64,000 nt of DNA from Schmidtea polychroa. Its lineage: Eukaryota. Positions 54,112 through 64,000 of this stretch are shown here, piece by piece. The stretch's first letter is position 1. Every line of letters begins with the position of its first letter. The translations under genes were made by a program, and so were the position numbers. Under the pieces are notes generated by a model, which made no database searches, was not told the origin of the DNA, and saw only the letters and a list, made by a program, of their open reading frames with translations. The stretch spans positions 236,966,001 to 237,030,000 of the forward strand of contig CM097885.1 in the NCBI GenBank assembly GCA_044892525.1, given 5' to 3'.

Positions 54112-57100
54112 ATTATTATTATTATTAGTGAAAAAACCTTAAATAATTTTTACATACTAAGTTATGGGGTAGAGTATTATTATGTTTGCAGTATTCTGTG
54201 TTTGCCTTTACAGGAAGTTGTCAATAAGGAGCGATAATTTTACACACACATTCTATATACACATACCTTGTTTAACATGGGTGTATATACTCCTAGTCTA
54301 TCCGACAAAATATTCTGTCCCCCTATGGGTATTGCTCACAAAGGTACTACTCACATTCAACATGTCGCAAGGGTATATTAATTAATATTAGTAAATAAAA
54401 CTTATCACACACACTTTTATATTTAAACGATAAAAATCAAGACAAGAGAGGACAAGGCAAAGTTTATGCATTTAGTATTGCCAGGCCTAATGAGCAGTGA
54501 CCAAATATCTGTGCCTGAAAGACACGGTGGATATTTGTTCGCGTCCACAAGGGTCGTCTGTGCCTCCCCCAAGTGGGGTCAGAAGAACCTGGGCATTATA
54601 GTTTTCCGTATGGAACATTACGCCTAGCATGGGTAGTCAACTACCAGTACATTCGAAACGTATAATTTCAAAATACATGCGTCATTGGCACTATAACCAA
54701 ATTAATTAATGTTTTCACTAACACAAATATATATTTACAGAGGCCTCCCACTAGTTGGATTACAACCGCCCACCACGACGATCAGCTTGTAAATATATAT
54801 TAATTAAGGGATAAAGAGGACCCACCCAACCCTATTATATTTAATTTACAAATTTTTCTCGCTCTTCTGCTGGTATTCTATCTCAAATTATCATCTCCAT
54901 CGGGCCATTTGGAATACATCTTGCAAATTGGACGTATTTCTTAGTCTCTGATGCGGCGTCAACTATCATTGCTAAAATTTATATTGATTTAAAAGCAATT
55001 AACTTACATTATCTAGCATTTTATCGTCACAGGATTGATAAATTAGGCAACTGTTATTTGTGGTATACTTTTTCAATGTCATTTCCCACCATAAAACACA
55101 GATACCTAAATATAATATATATATTTTAAAGAATTAATTCATGTCTTACATTAATAATAATATTCTTCAGGTAGTACTTTACAATATCTAATTGCTAAAA
55201 CATCGGTTTTTCCCATTTTTCTTGACAATCGTTGAAAGTTTACATAATTTAAGTAAACATTCATGTTGAAGGACACCCACAATCAGCTAATTCATTTAAG
55301 AAATCCGGAACTATAACTCCTTTAGTGTTTCACCATTTTGTCTGGTTCATTTTTTTTCTATAATTCATGTTTTAATAAGAAATTTCTAAATCCAGAACAT
55401 AAGTCATTTAGTGTTTCACCATTTTGTCTGGTTCATCTTCTTCATAATCATATAATTCATTTTCTTCATTACTAAGTAAAATAATTAAAATATTGTAGTA
55501 AATTCTTTATTTACTTACTTTATGGATACTAAAACGAAAGAAATAAAGTTATATCAAAAGTATATTTAAATAAATTAAATTTAAATAATTTAATTTAGTT
55601 ATTTAAAAATATTTAAACAATTTAGTTATTTAAGCATATTTAAACATTAACATTATTATATAGTATAATTTTATATAATATTATAATTTTATGTACACTT
55701 ATATATCCTTCATTTAATTTTTTAAATTCAAAATTTATAATGAAGATTCTTTGAATTAAAAAATATTCTGTTAGTATTTCCAGGCAGAAAACAACGAATT
55801 CAATAATTAAAATCTTAATTTTCATGTTGTTAGGGTTGTGGCCAGAATTTAATCGCCATCTAATCGTTTGTTCTCAATTTCGCTCATTTTTGTTCAAAAC
55901 ATTCAGGTGAGTTGTTATCTGGAAAGTTTCTTTGAGCTCAGTTTTGTTAAAACACTCACGGTATTCTTGAGGGACGTGACACTGGAAATAAATTAACAAT
56001 GGGTGGTCATCCATACATGTTGTTGGTTTGAACTGTTGATTTATTTTAGAAATATGTATATTAAAAACATTTAAGGTATCATTCAGTAAAATAATATAGT
56101 ATTTTTGAGTATTTTTAGTTAATTTATAAATAACAGTATTTTGATATATCAATAAAGACCATATACTCCTAGTTTATCCGACAAAATATTCTGTCCCCCT
56201 TTGGGTAATGGTAGCAAGGGTACTGCTCACACTCAACATGTCGCAATATTAATCATTTAGAAATTCTTAGGTAAGATAATCAGAAATTTGTGAATATTTT
56301 AAATATAACTTTACACTTATGTCGAGCGACTAATTTATTGGTTAACTTTTTAGACATTTAAAGCAAAAGGTAATTTATTCATCTAATGTTCGTTACAATA
56401 GATAATAATATGAGAAAAACATGGTCATTATTCATTGATAATTTTAAATTCTTTATCATTTGGAGTAAATTTGTTTGAGGCAAAAATATTTAAAGGAGTC
56501 ATAATAGAAATATGGTTATCATTTAACCAATTAAGGGGCCTATTATTTAGAAATATATATTATAAAGTAACAATTATTTTCTAATTTAATTAGATGATCA
56601 TTAGACGTAATATATCTTTGCGAGAAATTTAAGATGTTTGAGTAACCAAAACATGGATATTTTGTGCAATAAATTTATGAATAGTGCTTAATTTTCTCAT
56701 TTTTAGTGATTTAAAATAATATTTAGCAAAGGTAATTTGGCAAAATATCACTTATCCATCCGATAACAATATTCCTTCAATAGATTAACTGATATTCAAC
56801 CGATTTAATTTCTAATTAAAATCATAAAATTCCTTCAATAAAGATCAATTTTCTTTAGCCGTTGTCGATTTCCAACTTTTAAGTCAATATTTCTCAAGTT
56901 TTGTCACTGATGTCCCCACAATGAATAAAATAACTTCTTAAGTAAAATAATTTAAAGCAATAACCTTTGATATCAATTATCTCTAAATATTTCAAATATT
57001 GCATTGTCAAAACCAAGTAAATTAGTCATTACCCATTAATAAAACCGTGGATAATTAATAAAAACTGGTTCTGAAACATAAATTACTGTGCAATAACATT

Positions 57101-57435
57101 CATCACAACCTCTAAAACGATATAATTTCACAGGAACTATTCATAGCTGACTATTTCCCTTGAAAATTTGATATTTTACCAATAAGAATATATAAATATT
57201 CAAAACATTAACCGATCCCTCACCAAATATCTTTACCCCTTAAAACACCTTAAATCGTATATATTACCATCTTAACCTTCACTAAATCCAACCGAATATA
57301 ATTTCATCCACTTGTGCCCTTTAATAAATCTTAAAATCTATAGAAAATTCTTCAAAATATGAATTTTGATCTTTTAGTGGACTCTTTGAATTTAGCTACT
57401 AAATTATTTCAATGGAAGAATGTCTGTGACAATTA

Positions 57436-57526
<91 letters not shown>

Positions 57527-57572
57527 TTAATAATATTAATAATAATAATAATATTAATAATATTAATAATAA

Positions 57573-57622
<50 letters not shown>

Positions 57623-57695
57623 TAATAATAATAATATTAATAATATTAATAATAATAATAATAATAATAAAATAATAATAATAATAATAAAATAA

Positions 57696-57726
<31 letters not shown>

Positions 57727-57740
57727 AATAACAACAACAA
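57436..57740. repeat. (AAT)n microsatellite
   Basis: Read directly from the sequence. Confidence 0.95.
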
Positions 57741-57759
57741 AGGATACAAAATACATTTA

Positions 57760-58143
57760 TTAATCATCAAATTTTTTATACAACAACCAAGCTAAACAAT
57801 GTTGACCGCATGTTTGTGTCAAGGGATTTTGAAACATTGTTTTATTATATACAATAGGTTTCCCCATTGTTTGTAGTTTTGATACCAACAAAGCAGGGTA
57901 ATAGAAAGCCATAGGATCGAACACGAATATATTACTAGGTTTCACATATATAGCAATCTAATGTTCTCCACCAAGATGAGACGATTGAGTATTGACGATT
58001 ATGGCTTGATTATTGCTCAAATATGGGATTTTATCGAGAGGAAAAACTCCTACAAATTCATTTCCCAATATCTGTTTTCCAATTCTATTGACCTGAACAG
58101 AACTACTTTAATAAATTAAACAGTATTGAAAAACTTACTCCAT
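57760..58143 (-). pseudogene. Adenain-like maturation cysteine protease, with a predicted 33-nt intron and a nonsense mutation
   Basis: ATG GA|GTAAGT...TAAAG|T gives MDSSVQVNRIGKQILGNEFVGVFPLDKIP...IVNTQSSHLGGEH*IAI...FDP...QNPLTQTCGQHC. The GEHW tryptophan codon has become TAG. Confidence 0.85.
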
Positions 58144-58171
58144 GACAACTTTTTGGTGTTTCTGTATACAT

Positions 58172-59395
58172 TTATACTAGCACGGTTCTATTTGCAGTAA
58201 TTTGAACTTCATTTTCAAATACTCCATATATTATAACATGTACTGGTTCAGTAATGGCCTTTGCAAACTTTATATCCAGTCGTAAATTCCCGTTTTGTGG
58301 TAATTGACTCTGATTTAAATCAAAATCGGGAGCTAGAACAAATGTGAAAAATGGGTATTTGCTTTTAAATTCTTCAAGAGTTATTCCGCAATTCAAGTTT
58401 TTATCTAAATAACCCAGATTTCTAACAATACTCTGCATATATGTCGCACAGTAATTATCATTCTCGAAATCTTGAGTATATGTTTCTCTATAATCAGTAT
58501 TTTTCGATAAAGTCAATGAAGTAACACCAAAATTTTTGAAAATTGAGCTGGAAGCAGTATACGATCCATTATATTGCGTTTCACTTTGAAATGTTACCAG
58601 AATAAAATTAGGCATTCTTCTGTCACCAAATATTTGTTCTTTATAGAATGATGAAGCACCTTTAGCAATAGCAAATTGTACAATTTCCTTTGTTTTTAAA
58701 GGATAAATTGCATGTTTTGAATTAAGCCCCAATTGATGACCAGCTAATACTGACGGGTCTACTCGAACTCTTCTCACCAATAATTTTGCATCAACTAATT
58801 GACATATTGGTGCACCAGTTGCACTAGTAAGAGACAATGCAGAATCAGATCTTTTCAGTCTAATATGTATATTAACTCCCGGTAGTAAATATTTCGGTTG
58901 ATCCATAAAATCAAGTTGTAATGATGAGCACATAGTGAATACTTTTGAGCCTTTAACCCACTTTTTTCTTTCATCATCTGCTGCTGCATAACCCATAGGT
59001 GTAAGACAGGTATTTTTAGTATCTGAATTGTAATTTAAAATAGTTTCTATCAAAGCCTTGTGAATGAATGTATTATTTCCACCCTCAATCTTGATATTAT
59101 TAAATCCCAACACTGCATCTTTAAACAGAGTATGAAACATGAAATTGTTTGGTAATACATCCGCATTGGCATCCAAAACCTTTCTATCTTTATCTACAAC
59201 CTTGATCTGAACAGTCAATAAAGTATCGTTCAAATCTAAATATTCAGTTTGCGAACCATTAATATAAAACTCGATATCATTTCTACTATCAGTAATTGAA
59301 TTCATAGGAAAAACTTCCTCAAAGGCACCAAATTCTATTACAGCCTGGGGCGATGGTCTATCAAATATACATAATTCGGATTTACCACAAATCAT
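58172..59395 (-). CDS. Polinton major capsid protein (double jelly-roll), 407 aa
   Basis: N-terminal KSEL.IF...Q...E..P...IEF.I.G...YLDL..T.L pattern; Q.KYLLPGV.I.IRLKR; C-terminal FVLAPD...GNLRLDIKF. Intact ORF with an ATGA overlap with the upstream gene. Confidence 0.9.
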   Translation of the reverse strand: MICGKSELCIFDRPSPQAVIEFGAFEEVFPMNSITDSRNDIEFYINGSQTEYLDLNDTLLTVQIKVVDKDRKVLDANADVLPNNFMFHTLFKDAVLGFNNIKIEGGNNTFIHKALIETILNYNSDTKNTCLTPMGYAAADDERKKWVKGSKVFTMCSSLQLDFMDQPKYLLPGVNIHIRLKRSDSALSLTSATGAPICQLVDAKLLVRRVRVDPSVLAGHQLGLNSKHAIYPLKTKEIVQFAIAKGASSFYKEQIFGDRRMPNFILVTFQSETQYNGSYTASSSIFKNFGVTSLTLSKNTDYRETYTQDFENDNYCATYMQSIVRNLGYLDKNLNCGITLEEFKSKYPFFTFVLAPDFDLNQSQLPQNGNLRLDIKFAKAITEPVHVIIYGVFENEVQITANRTVLV

Positions 59396-59754
59396 TTTGC
59401 AAATATAGTTCCATGTCCTTTCATTCGTTTGTTTATACGCGATATTCCATGCCCTTTACGTTTTGGAGCTGGGGCTGGAGGCGTATCTTTTTGAAACATA
59501 CCAGCAACTCCAGGTAGAACCTTCCCTAACTCCGCTAAAGCATTTGTTTTTAGGGATGGTAATATTTTCTGTTCATTCATAATCACATCTTTAGCAGTTT
59601 TCATGCCAAAACTACCAATACGTTTAAGAATGGGAAGTGCAAATCTCCCTATTGTTTTTAACCAACCTGATCCATACTGTTTACCAATAAAATATGGTAA
59701 TTCACCACCAGATTGGCTATCACTATACATACTAATAATATCGGAATTAGCCAT
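59392..59754 (-). CDS. Conserved small Polinton virion/core protein, 120 aa
   Basis: Y..SQSGG.LPYF.G.QYGSGW...RFALP.LK pattern, an amphipathic helix and a basic C-terminus; lies between penton and MCP. Confidence 0.8.
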   Translation of the reverse strand: MANSDIISMYSDSQSGGELPYFIGKQYGSGWLKTIGRFALPILKRIGSFGMKTAKDVIMNEQKILPSLKTNALAELGKVLPGVAGMFQKDTPPAPAPKRKGHGISRINKRMKGHGTIFAK

Positions 59755-60814
59755 CTACTTTACGAAAATGTAGTGTCAAATGAGTTTTTGAGTCTTTTGG
59801 GAAGTTTATAAGTTTTCCACTATCGTCACGAATATTTATTTCTATATTGTTTATACATGAGCTTGAAATTGGTAAATACATGGGATTATCTATATTTATA
59901 TTGACAACTTCATCATGTTCATATTTTCCAATCCACACCGATTTCAATAGAGGAACACTGGAATCACCAACTATTATAGGCTCAATAATATTAGTATATA
60001 TGAACATTTGTTGATGATGTTCAAGTATTCTTGGTTTACGTATACCAGCCGATTTTTCCCGATATTGCTGCTTCTCTAATCCAAGTGTATTTGTCAAATT
60101 TTTATCAAATGTAACTTCGCAAATGTCATCATTCAAACTGAAGGTAAATAACAAATCTTTCACAATATCCAAACTTTTAAATATGTGTGAACAATTATAC
60201 TTTAAATATTTAAGTAACACATCAAGTTTATCAATATATAATTCGTCAGCGAAGGTGAATGATTCTTCAACTTCATTATTATACGACACTGAAATTTTGA
60301 TTTCTTCTCTCATTACACTGTTTGCTTCAAATAGATCAAAGCGTAATAAATATTCTGTTTCCATAACTTCATTTTTCAACTTATTGCAACCCATTCGTCT
60401 GGCATCTTCAATATATTCGAATGTTATTGTAAATGGTTTAAAATCACAACTGATATTTAATCCATCCTTGTAAAACATAGTGCAATGCTGATCTAATATT
60501 TGATTCGGAATATGATATGTTTTATCATAATTACTGATAATAAAGATACCACTACATGTTTTCATAGCATTCCTTTTGAAATCAATCTTACATTGACTAT
60601 AAAATGGGAATGTATTGTACACGAATGTAAAATCTTGCAGTGCAACTTCCCAGTCACCATTTAAAGAAATCGGATTCTGGAGATTGACCATGAATTTACT
60701 GGCTTGATTATCTGGATGAATAAGCGGGCAACTATTGCTTGGTAAAATAGTATAAAAATTCACTTTACTAGGTCCTTTTCTGATATCCATGATGGGTTTT
60801 GATAACCATGCCAT
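59747..60814 (-). CDS. Polinton minor capsid (penton) protein; true start probably near 60790-60763
   Basis: FYTILPSNS...PDNQAS.F...L..PI.L.GDWEVAL at the N-terminus; YTNIIEP.IVGD...PLLK...PMYLP...IEINIRDDSG..I.F...LTLHF at the C-terminus. Confidence 0.9.
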   Translation of the reverse strand: MAWLSKPIMDIRKGPSKVNFYTILPSNSCPLIHPDNQASKFMVNLQNPISLNGDWEVALQDFTFVYNTFPFYSQCKIDFKRNAMKTCSGIFIISNYDKTYHIPNQILDQHCTMFYKDGLNISCDFKPFTITFEYIEDARRMGCNKLKNEVMETEYLLRFDLFEANSVMREEIKISVSYNNEVEESFTFADELYIDKLDVLLKYLKYNCSHIFKSLDIVKDLLFTFSLNDDICEVTFDKNLTNTLGLEKQQYREKSAGIRKPRILEHHQQMFIYTNIIEPIIVGDSSVPLLKSVWIGKYEHDEVVNINIDNPMYLPISSSCINNIEINIRDDSGKLINFPKDSKTHLTLHFRKVDG

Positions 60815-61814
60815 TTGACATAGTATTGTTTATCCTTGCCTTTATTTTTAGTTTTCAAAATCTTCTGAATTCTAAATACTTTTGGGGGAGGAATAACTTG
60901 TAATTCCTGCTCATAAAATGTTCCTTGTACAATATTGTTATCATCGTCTTTGATGACATACATTACAGGATTCTGTTTAGTATTTATTTTTGAGATTACA
61001 AAGACTTCATCACTCCAATTCGTATCGAATTTTTAATAAATGGTGATGCACTAATTTTACTAATTCTAACATGGTCACCTACTTTATATTTCGGTTTTGT
61101 AATTTTTTCAGGTTTTTTAGAATAGATTGTTTTTGACGTGATATCAATCGGCCTTAATCCATTCAGTCCTTGATGTGATGAGTGATTATAACTGGTTATT
61201 ATTTTTGGTAAAACCAATACCCATTTTTTATTACCTTGATGCACGAATAATTTCTTTAATCTATCTCTCAAAGTTCGGTTAAATCTTTCAACATGAGCAG
61301 CTTTGTATTGAGAATGTACTGAGTAATGGTTTATTTTCAATTTATTGAGGATTTGCTTGACTTTACTGTTGTAGAATTCTTTACCTAAAATAATAATAAT
61401 AATAATAAAAATAATAATATTAATACCTAAATCAGTTTGCAAGTTTTTAGGATATCCGTCTTTAAATAAATGATTAACAGCTTTGGACATTTCATCTGCA
61501 GATTTTGCTTTGACGGGTATTGCTCGGGCAAACCGACTGAATACATCAATACATGTTAAAATATATTTATACCCATTGTTAATTTTCGAATAAGGTATCA
61601 TCTCCATCAAATCCATTTGCCATAAATCATTTATTCCATATGTTTTATATGCTCTTGTTGGGAATCGTTTCTGCATTGGTTTGTTCAAACTGTACGCAAG
61701 CTGGTCTGATAACCACTTCTGAGTTTCCTTTTTCGAATTCGGAACTCTTTTCCTTAATTTTGCCACTCCACCAAAACCGGCTTCGTCTTCCGGGTTCGTC
61801 CAAATCTTCTCCAT
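60760..61814 (-). pseudogene. Polinton retroviral-like integrase with C-terminal chromodomain; predicted 42-nt intron and one frameshift
   Basis: WQMDL, IDVFSRFA, LQTD(L)G|intron 61426-61385|KEFYN, VERFNRTL, YNHSSH. A 1-nt deletion near 61030 separates FDTNWSDEVF...GTFYEQEL...YYVKWHGY..PSWI. Confidence 0.9.
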
Positions 61815-61872
61815 TACAACAAGAAGATTTAATATTAAATTTAATGTCTGGTAATGAAGGATTAGCACCCAT
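61645..61872 (-). CDS. Putative small N-myristoylated protein overlapping the integrase 5' end, 75 aa
   Basis: Starts 4 nt after the upstream stop; MGANPS fits the MGxxxS consensus and is followed by a CC pair. Confidence 0.45.
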   Translation of the reverse strand: MGANPSLPDIKFNIKSSCCNGEDLDEPGRRSRFWWSGKIKEKSSEFEKGNSEVVIRPACVQFEQTNAETIPNKSI

Positions 61873-61875
61873 TGT

Positions 61876-62364
61876 TTATGATCGACTTCCTATTATTCCA
61901 CCTAATAATGATATTGCTAAAGGTATCAATGCACCGATAAATCCCCCTTGTTGTTTATATATAATTTTTCTCATTTGTTGACGATTTTTATTATTTACTA
62001 ATGATAGCAAAGGTTTCCTATGTTTACTCAATAATTGCTTTTTAGATTTACTGATTTTAATCTTGCCTTTGACTACTTTAAGTATAATATCGAGTAAATC
62101 ATCGACAACATAATTTGGAAAAGATTGCAAAATACTGTTTCTTTTCATACTTGGTGCCTTTAACAATGTATTGAAAAACGGGAAACTCCGATGATTTTTA
62201 ACAACTTTTACTTTCTTAGTGGTTTTACTTTTTGGTTTAGGATTTTTCGAAATAAGATTCATTGCAGGAACATTTTCTGTAATAAGTTCTTTAGATGGAG
62301 TATAACTAGTTGTTGGTGGAACTTTTGGTTGTTTTTTACCCGATATCCTTGTTTTTGAAAACAT
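61876..62364 (-). CDS. Lysine-rich Polinton core protein with a C-terminal QxGGF + hydrophobic tail, 162 aa
   Basis: ...NVL.G.I...KK.L.KHRK.L..L...QQGGFIGALIPLAISLLGG-like pattern; directly downstream of the ATPase. Confidence 0.8.
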   Translation of the reverse strand: MFSKTRISGKKQPKVPPTTSYTPSKELITENVPAMNLISKNPKPKSKTTKKVKVVKNHRSFPFFNTLLKAPSMKRNSILQSFPNYVVDDLLDIILKVVKGKIKISKSKKQLLSKHRKPLLSLVNNKNRQQMRKIIYKQQGGFIGALIPLAISLLGGIIGSRS

Positions 62365-62377
62365 GATTTATATGTTT

Positions 62378-63016
62378 TCAACTTTGTTTTGAACTTTGTT
62401 TATATACCATGGCACCTTTTGGGTTGAAAATATCTGTTTTTACCCGTATATCATCAGGGCATTGTTGTGTGAAATCGAGAAATATATACCCATGCGGTAT
62501 TTTCGTAGCATCTTGAAATGCATTGATAAGAAAATTACGGTTATTAGGGTATGCTTGTCGTCCAAGAAAATCAATGACAGTTGCATCTCTAGGATTCTTG
62601 AAAATAACTAAATATTGTACATTTAAATTACGTGTTCGATGTGCACCACCTTGATGAAATAGATTTTGTGTTATGAAAATAACTGTTACACCAACATGTC
62701 TGCTGATTTTTGTGAATAAATTATTAAAGTCCTTTTCTTTATTGGCTTCTTGATACAAATCATCGATAATGATGACATCATCTTTCTTCAAACGACTTGA
62801 CCAGTTTTTATCAAAGCCCTTTACTATTTTCATGTTTTTCAACTGACAGAAACTTGATTGCGTCAATCCGTGTTCTTCGTCGGCGCCCCTATGCCAATAA
62901 ATATTGTTGAATTTTGTTTTAAACAAATTTGATTTTAGTAATTTACAAACAAATAAAGTTTTCCCGCTACCACTTGGACCAACGATTTGGTATACTGCAT
63001 CATTTCGTAATTCCAT
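62378..63016 (-). CDS. A32/FtsK-like genome-packaging ATPase, 212 aa
   Basis: Walker A GPSGSGKT, Walker B IIIDD, SRH...VIFITQNLF, R..NLN.QYLVIFKNPRD, PHGYIFLD. Confidence 0.95.
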   Translation of the reverse strand: MELRNDAVYQIVGPSGSGKTLFVCKLLKSNLFKTKFNNIYWHRGADEEHGLTQSSFCQLKNMKIVKGFDKNWSSRLKKDDVIIIDDLYQEANKEKDFNNLFTKISRHVGVTVIFITQNLFHQGGAHRTRNLNVQYLVIFKNPRDATVIDFLGRQAYPNNRNFLINAFQDATKIPHGYIFLDFTQQCPDDIRVKTDIFNPKGAMVYKQSSKQS

Positions 63017-63120
63017 TTTTTAAATTTAAACTATATAATTATTGTTTATATTGATAATTTAAATGAACTCTGTTTTTAAATACCTATATATATCAAAGTT
63101 TTTAAAATTATTTCATTAAA

Positions 63121-63585
63121 ATGCTTTCAAATATAAATTACAGGGCAAAAACTGATGTATCAAAAATGGTATTTCCAATAGGGAAACCACAACAACTTAT
63201 CAATAGAAGTAATAAATATCCAATAATATATTTCAAAACTGGTAAATGTAGAATTATGGGGTGTAAGGAAATAATCAAAGCTAGTGAATATAATGTTTAT
63301 GATTTAGAAATACAATCGATAACCGTAACTTCCGATATAGGTTTTTCTTGTAATTTAAATAAATTAGCTAAATTAATACCATGCTTTTATGAACCAGAAT
63401 TATTTCCAGCTTTGAGATATATAAAATATAACCCTATGTGTGTAAATATATTCGCTAGCGGTAAGATAGTAATTCTTGGAATAAAAAATATTGATTACAA
63501 ATGTATAGTTGATAATATCATATCTGAAATTAAATCAATAATTGAAGGAAAAGAATTTTTAGATTTTTTATTATCACTTAATTAA
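63121..63585 (+). CDS. Divergent TATA-binding-protein-like protein, intronless, 154 aa
   Basis: Two TBP-type repeats: NINYRA...IIYFKTGKCRIMGCK and IQSITVT.D.GF..NL..LA...YEPELFPALRY...P..VNIFASGKIVILG.K. Confidence 0.85.
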   Translation: MLSNINYRAKTDVSKMVFPIGKPQQLINRSNKYPIIYFKTGKCRIMGCKEIIKASEYNVYDLEIQSITVTSDIGFSCNLNKLAKLIPCFYEPELFPALRYIKYNPMCVNIFASGKIVILGIKNIDYKCIVDNIISEIKSIIEGKEFLDFLLSLN

Positions 63586-63693
63586 TTATTTATCATTCAA
63601 TTAAAACAAAAACATACTGCAATCTGATTGGATGATAAACAATAGTCATAGGTATAAAAACCCTGTACCATTTCATTTTAATCATAATTCACA

Positions 63694-64000
63694 ATGACCA
63701 AGAAAATTTCAAGCACTGAAAAACCAAAAGTAGTTCCAGAACTTGTACAACCTGTTCAAATGTTCCACAACTACAAAATGTATTTTTTAAAAGAAGAAAT
63801 CAATATGAAATTGGTGTCACCGATCAAGCTAATTCCTACCCAATTTCAATTCTTAACCGGCACGCTTTCAATGTTAGATATTAAAACCATAGATGATGTT
63901 TTCAAAAGGTTGAATACGAATCTATCATGCAATCAAAATGCATTTTTCAACAACCGATATGCAAAATTTTATGATTCCTTTGATGAAATCAGTTTCAAAG
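63694..64000 (+). CDS. Unknown ORF, open to the window end (MTKKISSTEKPKVVPEL...)
   Basis: 102 stop-free codons, preceded by ATTGG (63627) and TATAAAA (63653). Confidence 0.55.
   Translation, partial: MTKKISSTEKPKVVPELVQPVQMFHNYKMYFLKEEINMKLVSPIKLIPTQFQFLTGTLSMLDIKTIDDVFKRLNTNLSCNQNAFFNNRYAKFYDSFDEISFK

Noticed and set aside
55874..56152. Possible decayed Polinton gene
   Set aside because: No motif I can assign with confidence.

Overview
AT-rich eukaryotic (animal) genomic DNA with short 33-52 nt GT-AG introns, long (ATT)n/(TA)n microsatellites and one N-gap (15334-15573). A flatworm-like host is a guess from style only. Host genes are a 7-exon PRPF4 (+), a two-exon PB1-ZZ (p62/NBR1-like) gene, two paralogous RanBP2-type zinc-finger genes and an intronless class A GPCR. 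The rest is mostly mobile DNA: hAT transposases and MITEs, a Tc1/IS630-like DD34E element, a Chapaev-like remnant, Gypsy LTRs with a gag fragment, and an RLE-type non-LTR retrotransposon. The dominant feature is Polinton/Maverick (adintovirus-like) DNA in three places. (i) 11063-15333 has a terminus and a protein-primed PolB disrupted by a MITE. (ii) ~44.3-44.9 kb is a PLA2-integrase relic. (iii) 50991 to the window end has an AGTAGT terminus and a full virion module: packaging ATPase, core proteins, integrase-chromodomain, penton, major capsid and protease. In element (iii), the integrase and protease genes each appear to contain a short spliceosomal intron, and a TATA-binding-protein-like gene lies head-to-head with the late-gene cluster. 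Both termini carry arrays of TCAAGGTCA and TGACTCA motifs. All calls come from reading motifs by eye; no database searches were run.
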